A DNA stretch of 40,613 bases. It comes from Folioceros fuciformis. Its lineage: Eukaryota. The first letter of the stretch is position 1, and the number at the start of each line of letters is the position of its first letter. Below, one piece after another: positions 24,518 to 35,939 of this stretch. The DNA lies in the NCBI GenBank assembly GCA_049999805.1, contig JBNGIO010006223.1, positions 286,743-327,355 of the forward strand, in the 5' to 3' direction. Below the pieces are notes generated by a model. The model was not told the origin of the DNA. It saw only the letters and a list, made by a program, of their open reading frames with translations, and searched no databases. The position numbers and the translations under genes are program-made.

Positions 24518-24621
24518 TCTATGTCTCAAAACTAGGTTGATTCAAGTCAATCTATGTCTCAAAANNNNNNNNNNGGTTGATTCAAGTCAATCTATGTCTC
24601 AAAACTAGGTTGATTCAAGTC
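24518..24621 (+). repeat. 33-bp tandem repeat spanning an assembly gap
   Basis: TCTATGTCTCAAAACTAGGTTGATTCAAGTCAA occurs about three times around the Ns. Confidence 0.75.
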
Positions 24622-25041
24622 GATACCCGACACGCTACCACCTGCTCTCTTGCCATAACCCGTAGTATTTCTAACAATTTGTAATAATGAGTTTAGGGTT
24701 TAAACCCTCTAAACCCTAAATCCATTTTCTCTTTAAAATGCATAAATAAATTATAAGCTTAAATAATAACATGGATAATGTGATGAAAAAAGCTTGGCCA
24801 ATTTATTTCTCTCCCTCCATTGGCTCAAAATGTATGTACCTCCTATTATGCATTACATATGTATTAGGCGTAAATGTAAGAGGTTTTGAGTGTTATAAAC
24901 CTTGGCAAGTTGCTGGTTTTCTGCAGCATCCTGATCCTGCTNNNNNNNNNNNNNNNNNNNNNNNNNNNNNNNNNNNNNNNNNNNNNNNNNNNNNNNNNNN
25001 NNNNNNNNNNNNNNNNNNNNNNNNNNNNNNNNNNNNNNNNN

Positions 25042-25129
25042 GGTCCTTCCTCCAAGGGTTGGTCCTTCCTCCAAGGGTTGGTCCTTCCACTGTTGCCTGA
25101 TCCTGCTTCCAAGGGTTGGTCCTTCCACT
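25042..25129 (+). repeat. 19-bp-unit tandem repeat next to an assembly gap
   Basis: GGTCCTTCCTCCAAGGGTT and variants repeat four times. CTGATCCTGCT also appears before the gap. Confidence 0.7.
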
Positions 25130-25540
25130 ATTGCCTTCATCTGATTGGTGCAAAGCAAAATTGATCATGTTGCCCAAAGAAAAGGGCTCCACGTTCAACC
25201 AGCATCGAAACAGATGCAGAATGCGTCGAACCTTGCACATCTTGAGCCCGGTTTATTAGAAACTGCTGCTTTATTCGCTTTCCTTCCCAGCTGGGGGGGT
25301 GGGGGTCTGGAGGGATCTAGTACCGCTTCAATCCTGGGTGTCGATTCCTGATCTTCCTGTTTTCAGCCTCCACCTTTCGTTTCATCTACTCAATATATGT
25401 ACCTACGTCCCGTTCACTCGGAAAATCCTGGCTCGAGGCATGCGTACTGTGGCCTCAAATGCGCTAAGGACGTAGGCCAATACGATATGGACCGGAGACT
25501 GATCACCACCAAAAGAATACACACATAAATCTGTACACGC

Positions 25541-28056
25541 TTAAGGCGACTCGGAGGCAGTGACCTGCACCTCCTCAATCACATATGGAGCATAGCGCTT
25601 CAGGAGCAGATGTAACCTGTCTTCAAAAGGCCGCACACGATCTGGACCCAGATGTTTTGCCATTTGCTCCCATCGCCGTTTGCAGATGTGTCCCTCCCTA
25701 CACAGAATCTCAGAATTGTCACTCTCCGTGGCCCGTTAATTGCACAGCACACTCATGTTCTTAAACTCACCTGTGCCCGAGAAGGCTATCCCAGTCCACA
25801 GCATCGTCAGAGCATGCACCAGACTCCAGTAACCTGCCAGCAATAGTGCGAAGTTACAAATGATGAGGGGGCCAAAGCTTTTAACGTGGGTGCATTGGCC
25901 ACAACATGCAATGGGCACACCTCTTCAGTAGGAGACAATCATCCACGTTGGCCCACAACCCCTCCGCTACCATGGACGACCGCAACATCCCGTACCTGTT
26001 TTGAGAAACATCATCTCGGTCAAAAACCAACATGGCACAACTGAAAGAAGGGAAAACAGAAGACCTACCAGGCCTTGCAAATTACAGCGTGTGACCGGGT
26101 GCCCAAGGCCTCAGATATGGAGTCCCAGTTGATGTCCTCCCGAATCTGTTGCCACACCAAGGTTATTGTTATTCCTTTGGCGGTTGGTATCCATCCTCTA
26201 GAGCAATCCATGAAAACGAGGCAAATGGATCATACTAATCGACGATCGAATTTCTCGCCCTCCTGAGGCATTTGAGCCTTAGAACGAATGCAAGCATGCA
26301 CCAGACTGGCAACAGTTTCCAATTCACTCTGGAGAAAAGGTCCTGTCATAAAACATGAGTCCACGAGCTTGAGGACTTGATAGCGATGCAATAATTCGAT
26401 CTTGCCTGGCAATCACCACACAGGGAAGGAAACCTTGCTAACCGGTTCGGCGCGTTCCCTTAATCTTTAAATCTCGCCATTTGTCCTTTGCAGCATAGGA
26501 GTATCTCCCCAGCTTCTCTGCAATCTTCGTCCATTTCGACCCGTGTTCAGCATGCAGCCTACACGAGATGCGGGCAAGAGCCTGAGTGACGCAGATTGCA
26601 TTCAAACTGCAGAGAGAGGATTCAAGCACAGTCAATTACCTTATAAGTTCTGCTTCCTCCTCTGCTGACCACTTCCCTAGATGGTTACTTCCATGCAGAA
26701 GCCTTTGTACCCGAGAGTAGATCGCTTTCAGTGATCGGCGTGGAAGACTTTTGCCTGCAAAAGGCAGTAATAGCAAGTCACAACACAAAAGACTTTCTCT
26801 GCTCCTGCAAGCATGTGGTAGGAGTTCCTTCTAAACACTAGGAAGCCCTGATTACCTACGACCGTAACAAAAAAGCAAACGAGGACACACAGACATACCT
26901 ATCTCAACCCAGCAACCAGCACAATGTTTGAGAGTCTTGCCGGATAGGAGCTTCCCTAGACCTTCTTCTTCGCTCCAGCCACTCTCCTGAGAAGAATTTG
27001 GACATACATAGATCAGGCACCCAAACAAAGATCGCGAACACGGTCAGAGGTGGGGATGCTACATACTGCGAAATAGTCACGCACAGCTCGCTTCAAGATC
27101 TCATCCTCTTCTCGGGAGAATCTGCCAAAGAGGACGTCCCTGCGCTTATTATCCTTAAACCAACACTCCCGGACGGGACCAGAAGCATCAGGAATGTCCA
27201 GTAGCGTGTCAGTGTTGGCGTCCTTGTTCTGCCCGTGCCCACAATCTTGTGCCTCACCGGCAGATGTTGGATGATGCAGAATTTCATTAGCTTGTGTCTC
27301 GACCGGATCCTCCTGAAACCTCACTTTCTTCGGCGTTGTTGCTTTGAACTGCTTCACAATGCCGTCGCTCCCTCGCTTCAGTGCGGAGGGTGTCTGAGGA
27401 GCTGCTTGGCCACGTACGGCGGTCACGGAATCCGGAGTTGCAACCTCTGCTGCACCGGAGTCGTCTTTTCGACGCCTCTTCTTCTCACTTGCGTGTTCGG
27501 ATGGCGTTGCAGCGCTGTCCTGAGGAGCAGCAGAGTCTCGAGGCAGTCCGGAGCTGCCCTCCGTAACAGCGGCATCCGCAATTGAAAGGCCTACGCCTTC
27601 GTGCCTGTCGTCCCTGCGCCTCTTCTTGCGAACTGCGGGTTCCAATCGTGGAGCCTCCAGCGGTGCACCCGAGCTGGCCCCTTTCACGACAACCCTAGGT
27701 GCAAGCTTTGCAGCACCGAACTTGGCCTTCCTGCGCCTCTTCTTGTCACCTGCTTGTTCGGATTGAGTAGCCTGCTCCTCGGTGCCATGAAGGTCACACT
27801 CCCTCGATGCGGCTGTGCTGGCTAAATCCCCTCCCTTGCGCATCTTCCGAGACGAACCTGACTCCGGGCCTGTCTTTGAACGTGTCTGTGCCGATGCCTC
27901 GTCGCTTGCTGCCTGCGATGGCGCACAATGTTCGGACCCGAAGAAAAGCTTTCTTCGAGCGTGGCCACTATCATCGCCGGCCAGACTTTGATCAGGCAGC
28001 TTGGTACTGACTTGCCGCCTTCCCTTGATCCGCGCACTGCTTGCTTCTCCTCCCAT
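25541..28056 (-). CDS. Multi-repeat Myb protein, TTF1/Reb1/DMTF1-like (RNA Pol I termination factor-like); 9 exons
   Basis: Exons 28056-27067, 26986-26899, 26754-26640, 26558-26443, 26342-26236, 26145-26069, 25995-25921, 25833-25771 and 25697-25541 join in frame. A low-complexity N-terminus with KKRRR NLS motifs precedes GRFSREEDEILKRAV, WVEIGKSLPRRS, GKWSAEEEAELIRLHAEHGSKWTKIAEKLGR...KDKWR, INWDSISEALGTRS, VDWDSLL and CKRRWEQM. Confidence 0.88.
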
Positions 28057-28194
28057 CCTTTTCGCTCGAGAGCATTGGCAAGACCACTGACGACTTCAAA
28101 AGTTGGAAAACACATACAAGTACAATATACGTATGTACTTGGATGAAAATGTTCCCCCCTTGGGTTACTTCGGTTTATGAAGGAAGGGTATACA

Positions 28195-28252
28195 CATGTA
28201 TTGTATATATGTATGTACGTATATATGTATGTATGTATATATGTGTATGTAT
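28195..28252 (+). repeat. Imperfect (TATG/TA)n microsatellite
   Basis: Read directly from the sequence. Confidence 0.75.
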
Positions 28253-29202
28253 ACAAGCCATCATGGCTTGCCAATTGCGAGGACTCACACACTCATTAAC
28301 CTTGGCTTATGTATGAGGTGAGAGGGAGACCTTGGATACGTAGAGTGCTAGTATTAGAGCACTCATAAAGCTATAATTCACATTCATGGAGTTACAAACA
28401 TGGGCTTGGTGTGGCTACAGGCACTCACCCAATATCAAAAATTCAGCCCGGAGATCTTGTTCTTAATCTTATCTTGATCTTATCAATATACAAATCAATG
28501 CATCACATTAGAACAATTAGCAGGAATGTCCCAAGCACACCAAGCAAGTGGACATCCTGGCTTGCTGTACACACTCAGGGCAAGCTACTGGTGGGGCAGC
28601 CCCTCTATCCCCCCTTCATCAGCTCCAAAAGGGACATCATTGGCATGGATTTCTGGATCCATGGCACCTAAGCAGCAATGAAAACCAAAAACCAGAAACC
28701 AAGTCCTAACATGTTCATGTTATTTGCTAATACATTTTCAAGTGGACAGATCTCAGTGGTCAGAGAAGCAATCACCTGGTAAGAACATCCAACACCCAAA
28801 AACTAAGACAAAAGCAAAGCAATCACCTGGTCAGAACACCCAAAAACTAAGATACGAGCATCTCCTCCAACCAAAAGATAAGCCGTAGAATAGATTTCAA
28901 AAAAGTATGTGGGCAAACTCACTTGCTGAGCCATGTAGCAGTAGGCAGTAGGTAGTCTTCCCAAAGGCACCAGGGTAACAAGGAGTCAACCAAGGAGAGG
29001 GCTAAGGGATCAACAGGAGGGGGAGGGGATGCAAGCTAAGAGTGAAGGACCAACAAATTGTTCTAGGTATAAGAAGAAGAGAAGTTAAGACAAGCTATCA
29101 TGGAGGTACAGATCCCAAGAACCAAGTGTTACACAAGGAGTGCATCATGGGACACAGTTCTTCCTACTGACTAGAACTTTGTGGCAAGAGTGCGTTAACA
29201 AC

Positions 29203-29340
29203 TCCTTAACATCTAAGGAGCCGTCAATTCCATCATTGCGCAACCTTAAAAAATTGAAGCCCTAACCTCTTTAGCATCTAAGAAGCCGTTAATTCCATCA
29301 TTGCGCACCCTTAAAAATTGAAAAATTGAAGCCCTAACCC
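29203..29340 (+). repeat. ~65-70-bp direct duplication in the Myb/PELOTA divergent intergenic region
   Basis: Two copies of TTA(A/G)CATCTAAG(G/A)AGCCGT(C/T)AATTCCATCATTGCGCA..CTTAAAAA..TTGAAGCCCTAACC. Confidence 0.8.
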
Positions 29341-29402
29341 GCTAGCTGGCAATCCATCCAGTGTAAGATGCTTTTATCACATACATACATACCAAAGTAA
29401 GT

Positions 29403-29484
29403 GTATGTATGTATGTATGTATGTATGTATGTATGTATGTATGTATATATGTATGTATGTATGTATGTATATATGTATGTATGT
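29403..29484 (+). repeat. (TATG)n microsatellite
   Basis: About 20 near-perfect GTAT units. Confidence 0.9.
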
Positions 29485-29787
29485 CGCTTGAACGGAACGA
29501 GACTAATACGGATCTTGAATTCAACTCAGTCTCATCAGGCAGGAGAGGACTGGAGCGGGGACACGGCCAGTGGCAACAAGAGACGTTTGCCTGCCGGCGT
29601 TTCTCACAGTTTTGTCGGTGGGCTTTTGAGGATCCCATTCTCCAGTGGCTTTGAATGCGCACAGGGGGCAAAGCCGGCAAGGCTCGTTGTGCCACTGTTC
29701 ATGGATGCAGGGAAGGGTCCAGTGCCACTGACTCTGTGGGCATCCCTTCTACGTCTGAGGTGACGGCCGAGGGCCAAATCCGCAAGC

Positions 29788-32412
29788 ATGAAGCTTGTGA
29801 AACAGGATTTCAGGCCAGGAGAATCTGGCTATGTGCAGGTTACTTTGTACAATATATTTGTGGGCGATTCCGTCTCTGTTTTGCCCTACGATTGCTCGCT
29901 CACGTGCACAGCTTATGCATGCAGGTTTTGCCTGAGGAGTCTGATGATCTATGGCATGTGTACAACTTGATCAACAAGGGGGACGTCGTCTCCGCCGTAA
30001 CAGTCAGGTGAACGAGTGGTAGGGGGGGAAGCTGATATCGTAATCATTTCCATCGTCTGAAATTGTTCAACCCTCACTGACAGGAAGATCCACAAGGAAA
30101 CCTCCTCCGGAGCCAATGACTCGGAGCGTATTCGAATTAGGCTTGGAGTGGAGGTTGAGGTTCGTTGTGCTCTCGAAGGGAGCAAATTGCTTCACTGCCA
30201 GTGACTGCAACCCCTAGAATATGAATTTGAGCAGAGTTCATCTGAATTTTTGCAGAGCGTGGATTACGACAACGTGGCAGCTGTTCTCCGCGTCCGTGGG
30301 AAGAACATCACCGAAAACGATCACGTCAAGGTATGCGAATGCTTAAGGGGCCTGCCTTCCCCTTTCTTGTACGCTGGACCTCTAAGGGAGGTAACATGGA
30401 GTCAAACCTTTTTGCAGCTGGGAGCGTATCATACCCTAGAGATCGAACAAAAACGAACCCTTTCCATACGAAAGGTAGGTTTTAGGTCCGTGGCTTAGTG
30501 CCTTAGCTTTGATTCCTTTTTCTCTCTTGTTTTCTTTTTTTCTTTTTCTGCATGGAAGGGGCCGAAGTGCAGCGTTGCAGTTCAGTACGTGGTATTTGTT
30601 ACATCGCAATCTGTAGGCTGTCTGGGATTCTTTCGCCACAGAAACCCTCACGCAAGCTTGTGGTAAGTTGTTTCTCGTCCCTAGGTCATACACCTCTTGT
30701 GGCCGGGTGGGTATGAGCGTGTTCATTCAGGCGATCCATGCTATGCTCTGATACTGTGCAGATGCTGCGGCCAGTGCCGACTTGGCGGCCTTGATGATGC
30801 AGGAGGGCCTAGCAAACCTGTGTCTTATAGGATCCAGGTACGTTTTGGGAAACAAAACCAGGTATGGATTTTTTTGTTTCTTTCGATTTGTATGATTGGA
30901 TGATGGGTATTATCCCACCTGCCGGCGTTGCCTGTGAGTTTGGCAGTATAACTACTGTGAAAGCTCGAGTGGAAACATCGATACCACGAAAACGAGGCCC
31001 AGCTATTGCGGGTTATGACAAGGTTAGGGATGTACAAGAGGTGGATGTGGTGATGCCTGACAGAGTGGTTAATGGTGTGTGTGTGTGTGTGGCAAATTTT
31101 GTTTGGGCGCAGTAAGTAAGGTGTGGGCTGTTGTTGCCGTTGGCAGGCATTGAGCGGGTTCTTCAAGAATGTACTTCAGGTACAAAAGACTGTGATGAAG
31201 TGATTTGGTTTGCAGGACACGAGAGCAGTGGTGACGATAACAGTGTGACAACAGGCTGTTGTGCTCCACGTGGATTTTGCGGTGGTACGATGTTTGATCA
31301 TAGCAAGTCCAGGGTTCACCAAGGTAGGACACGTTGTGGTAAAGGGTTAAGATGCGGATGCAGGTGCAGTTTGTGTTGGGAAAGTTGAGCAGGAAGGAGT
31401 GTTTGGTGTTGGATGGAAGTTCAGGATCAGTTCTATGAGTATATGCTGTTGGAAGCCTCGAGACGAGATTTGCGTGCCGTGATAGAGAACAAGTCGAAGA
31501 TTCTGTTAAGTCATGCGTCATCTGGCTACAAGTAGGTAGAGCGTGCGTGTGGGGAAGAAAATGATTGGAACAAGAGTTTATTGCAGTATGTGCAGCTGAC
31601 AAGAGAGCAAGAATGTAGCATGGTGAGATGGTGATATTAAGTTGAAGTGTGGAAAACGTGCAGACACGCACTGAAGGAGTTGCTGGCGTCCCCTGCAATC
31701 ATGATGCAGGTGAAGGATACAAAGGCAGCCAAGGAGGTAGAGGCATGGTTGTGGTGTGGTGTGGTGAAAGTTAGGAAGAAAGATGGGAGAGCGAAATGGT
31801 GATCGGCTGAGGAGTGTGTTAATGTGCAGGTGAAGGCACTGGATGATTTCTATAAAATGCTTTCGTCCGTAAGTATTTGTGAAATTGAAAAAGGGGAAGG
31901 GGCGTAGAGGAGAGAGAAAGGGGGGCAAGGTGATAGTGTTGGGAGGGTTGTGGTGGCAGGAACCAAGTCGTGCGTTTTATGGGCCTCGCCATGTGGAGGC
32001 TGCACAGGAGCAGGGGGCGGTGCAGACGTTGCTGATTTCTGACGAGCTGTTGAGGTAAGTATTGGGACAGTGGTCGGTCGGGTTGTGGTGAAAGGAAAAG
32101 GAGGGCAATGAAGTTGCGTAGTGATTTGGAGCGTGTTTTGGTTGGCAGAAACTGTGATGTGGTGACCCGGCGGAAGTATGTGACGCTGGTGGATTCGGTG
32201 AAGGAGCTGGGCGGTGCGGCGTACGTGTTTTCTTCGCAGCATGTGTCTGGAGAACGTAAGTTATTGTTTGAGGAGGAAAGGTTGCAGGGAAGTTGGGCGG
32301 CTGGCCCAAGGTGATTTTGCTTGGGTGGGCTGTGACAGAGCTGGGACAGCTAACGGGCATAGCTGCAATTTTGAGGTTTCCTTTGCCGGATTTGGAGGAC
32401 ATGGAGTTGTGA
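29788..32412 (+). CDS. PELO: PELOTA/Dom34 ribosome-rescue factor (eRF1 family); 16 short exons
   Basis: Spliced translation: MKLVKQDF...[25 protein letters not shown]...[25 protein letters not shown]...[11 protein letters not shown]...IPRKRG...[12 protein letters not shown]...HASSGYKHALKE...RAFYGPRHV...LLISDELLR...[33 protein letters not shown]. Confidence 0.95.
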
Positions 32413-32493
32413 AGGCAGGATTGATGGGGAGGGGGTGCGCGGAAGCCGTAGTGTTATATGGGAGTTGAGGAATGTGGAGGCCTGAGCTGAGCC

Positions 32494-35245
32494 GGGCAGG
32501 GCAGGGCAGGGCAGGGCAGGGCAGGGCAGGGCAGGGCAGGGCAGGGCAGGGCAGGGCCAGCTGACGTGAGGCGAGGGCAGGCGACCCCCGCGGCGAGACA
32601 ACGGGTCTGGTGAGGGCTGCTGGTGAATAGAACTGAAGCTGAGGGTGATTCGGCGTGGGGAGAGAGGAGGTGAAGGGCAGTGTGCAGTGGCCTGGCGCCG
32701 CGTTCCGCCAAGCTTTCCAACGACATCCCAACTCCCTTGCATGTTTCCGTTTCCACGAGCATCCATATCCATCCATCCAGAGACGGACGACGGGGTTCCG
32801 TTGGGCGAGTAGGTTGTGTAGGTAGGTAGGTGAGAAGTTGGCGGTGGCACGCAGGTAGCTAGGGTTTGCTTTGCTTGTAGCTGTAGCTGGATTTGTGAAG
32901 CTGGGTGTGGCTGTGGCTGTGGCTGGGGCTGGTGCTGTGGGTTGTGTGCTCCTGCTTTGGCCAGGCCATTGGTGCCCTGCAAGCAGCGGCTTGCTGCCAA
33001 TGGGAGAGCAGTGTTTGTTAACTTGGCTCCTTTTGCCACAGCACGGGTTGACATTGACGTGGATAACAAGGCAATGGTGGAAGTTGGTGTTAGCAGGCTG
33101 CCTCGGCCCTCCATCCGGAGTCGAGTCCGGCCAGGCAATGGTTGCCTTGGAGTCTGTGCCTGTAGCGTGAAGTGGCCGGGCTCGGCCGGGCCCGGCCTGG
33201 CCTGGCGTGATCTGACCTTTCTGTGCCTCTGCCACGCAAAATCCAAGCTGGCCCCGGCTTGGCCGGATGCAACAGCAAACCATGTGTGTACACGTGTATG
33301 AAAGGTTAGTACGGTACGTCATGGTATGGTAGCGAGCGGAGGGAGAATACTTATGTAATTGTTGTCTAGTTTACGGTACGTATGTATGTTGGCTTGTATA
33401 ACGCTGTGTTAGTGCTAAGTATGGAGGTACATGTACGCATTTCCGATGTTGGAGTAGAATGTGGGAAGGGAATGCAAAGGAGGGGAAAGTGGGTGTAGGT
33501 AGGACATGTACGGTTTCGGAAGGGAAGAAGGAGCGGGGAAAGAGGGTGAAGGGAAGAGGAAGAGGACGAGGAAGAGGAAGAGGGAGAGGGAGAGGGAGAG
33601 GGAGAGGGAGAGGAAGAGGAAGAGGAAGAGGAAGAGGAAGAGGGAGAGGGAGAGGGAGACGGAGGGGGAGGGGGAGAAGGAGAGGGAGAAGGTGCCTTCC
33701 TTTTTGGCCTCAAGGTTGGGTGGTGATGCAAGCCAAGACGGGAATCTTGGAGTGCGGTCTTAGTGGTGGCCCCACAGGCGTTCCGGTTAGTGTCAGACAG
33801 ACATGTGCGGACGAGACGGGACGGGACGAAGCGGAGCGAAAGGGAACGGGACGGGACGGGACGNNNNNNNNNNCGGGACGGGACGAAGCGGAGCGAAAGG
33901 GAACGGGACGGGACGGGACGGAATAGGGATGGGAATGGCGCGAGTTGCCTGTGCCTGGTGTCTGGTGGCTGGCCCTCCTTGCCATGGCCATACCGGAGCC
34001 GGTAATGGCCACACAGAAGAGAAGACACTGGTGCTCGTGCGCACGTGTTTGCGTTCGCAGGGGGACCCGGCTTATCCGGGGCCCCGGGCCCCCTCTGGAG
34101 GCACCCGTCACCGGAAGGAAGGAAGGAGCAGGTGATATATACTGTGTACGGTCACAGTTGGCAAGCCCCAAAGCACAGAAAGCTTACAAGAGAAGCAGAC
34201 CCGGAGGAGACTGGAGCCCCTGCTCTCCTCTTCTCTGCTCGGCGCTGCAGCCGGGAGGAGGGGAGAGGAGAGGCGGGGAGGCCGGGAGGTGGGGAGGCGA
34301 GGAGGCGGGGTGGCCAGGTCTGGGGAGGTGCAGCCTGCAAGTGTCCGCAGCGCAGTGCAGCGCAGCGCAGCGCAGAGAAGTGCAGCGCAGTGCAGTGCAG
34401 TGCGCCCATGCGATGCGATGCGATACCCCTCCTTTGCGATTTATTAGGTAGGTGCAACTGGCAGATCTAGAGTGTCAGTCGGGCCACACATGCGCTGCAT
34501 TAATGGCGGTGCGGCAGGAAACGGGGGCGGGACCCAATGTGACGGAACGGAACACAACACAACTCAACACAACGGCATCCTTACCCGCCTCCCCAGATCC
34601 CGGATCGCTCCCGCTCCTTTCAGACATGCATGCAGCACTCGCTAGTCTGTATGGCCAAAGCGGTGCCTACACACTTCGGATTTCCATTGCCCCACATTTA
34701 CTAGCTTCACCGCCCACGCCCTCGCTACTGTATATGTACATTTGTATATCATCTGTACCTACTGTACATACATAGCTGTGGATGCGTATTTATCGTTATT
34801 CACCGAGAGCCCAGTGGGCGGTGAGCAGAAAAAGGCTGCGTGGCCAGCTCATAAATGCAACTGGTCGGAGTTTTACGCATCTGCGTGAGTGACGCCCAGA
34901 GGCACATGGCCGGACTCGACTTCTGAGTCGCTCCTTTGTTGCCTTGTGCAAGGACGGAGTGGCATGAGGAGGAGCAGCCAGCATCCTTTGAGGTCCCAGG
35001 GCCTATTAGGGGAGTGGGGAGTGGGGAGTGGGGAGTGGGGAGTGGGCACTGGGCGCTGGGCACTGGGCACCGGGACTCCGACTCTCAGAGACTCTCCGAC
35101 TCCGACTCCCCGACTCGGACTCGAACTAGGAGCTGCAGCCGGACCTGGACCTGGGCCTGGGACTGGGACCTACGACCTGGGACCTGCGACCCGGGACCTG
35201 GACCTGGACGGACCCTACTGCTGCCCTGCCCTGCCCTGCCCTGCC
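32494..35245. repeat. Cluster of G-rich and C-rich simple repeats
   Basis: (GGGCA)~12 at 32494-32557; (GAGGAA/GAGAGG)n at ~33553-33690; (GGGAC)n at ~33817-33920; (GCAGT/GCAGC)n at ~34345-34405; (GGGGAGT)5 at 35009-35043; (CTGGGAC/CTGGAC)n at ~35140-35210; (CTGCC)5 at 35221-35245. Confidence 0.9.
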
Positions 35246-35939
35246 AAGCCCACTCCCTCNNNNNNNNNNNNNNNNNNNNNNNNNNNNNNNNNNNNNNNNN
35301 NNNNNNNNNNNNNNNNNNNNNNNNNNNNNNNNNNNNNNNNNNNNNNNNNNNNNNNNNNNCTTCCATCTTCCTTCTCCTTCTGCCTTCTCTTCGTCCTCCT
35401 CCTTCCTCTCTATCCCCCCTTCCTCTTCCTTCCTCTCAGCTCTCTGCAGCGTGTAGCGCTTCGGCACGCGACTTGTAAGGACAACAGTCGCAGCAGGGCC
35501 CCCAACCAAGCCGGATCCGCGCACCGCGGCTGCTGCCCGACCGCTAGATCGCCAGATCTACACCTGCTGCACCGAGCAGCTACCTAACCAGAGGCAACAG
35601 GCAAGAAGCGCGAGGCAAAGAGGTAACGCTTGCACCCCCAAGCTGCTGCATTTGCGCATCCTTTGCTACCTGCTCCTCCTCCCACTGCTCGCCAGCTAGC
35701 ATTGCCATCACTGAGGCTTTCTGCCGCCCTGCTCTGCTGTGCAGATGACCCTGTGCTCCTCCTGCCCCTTCCTCAGCGCGCCTCCAGGTTGCTTCCGCCA
35801 CCATACTCCACGCCCATCCGCGCCATCCAATGCCGCCTGCCGCCCGCACTAGCATAAGATTTGCTGCCTCTGCCTCGGCGCCACACCTCCAGGCTGATTG
35901 CGAGCTTCCGGCGTGGATGCTCCCAATTTGCTGCCGGAG

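Noticed and set aside
24518-24621. 33-bp repeat as a CRISPR-like direct repeat
   Set aside because: The units are contiguous with no spacers and straddle an assembly gap.
32261-35587. Long ORFs such as the 353-aa, 298-aa and RG-repeat frames
   Set aside because: They are produced by GC-rich microsatellites that lack stop codons, and no domain is evident.
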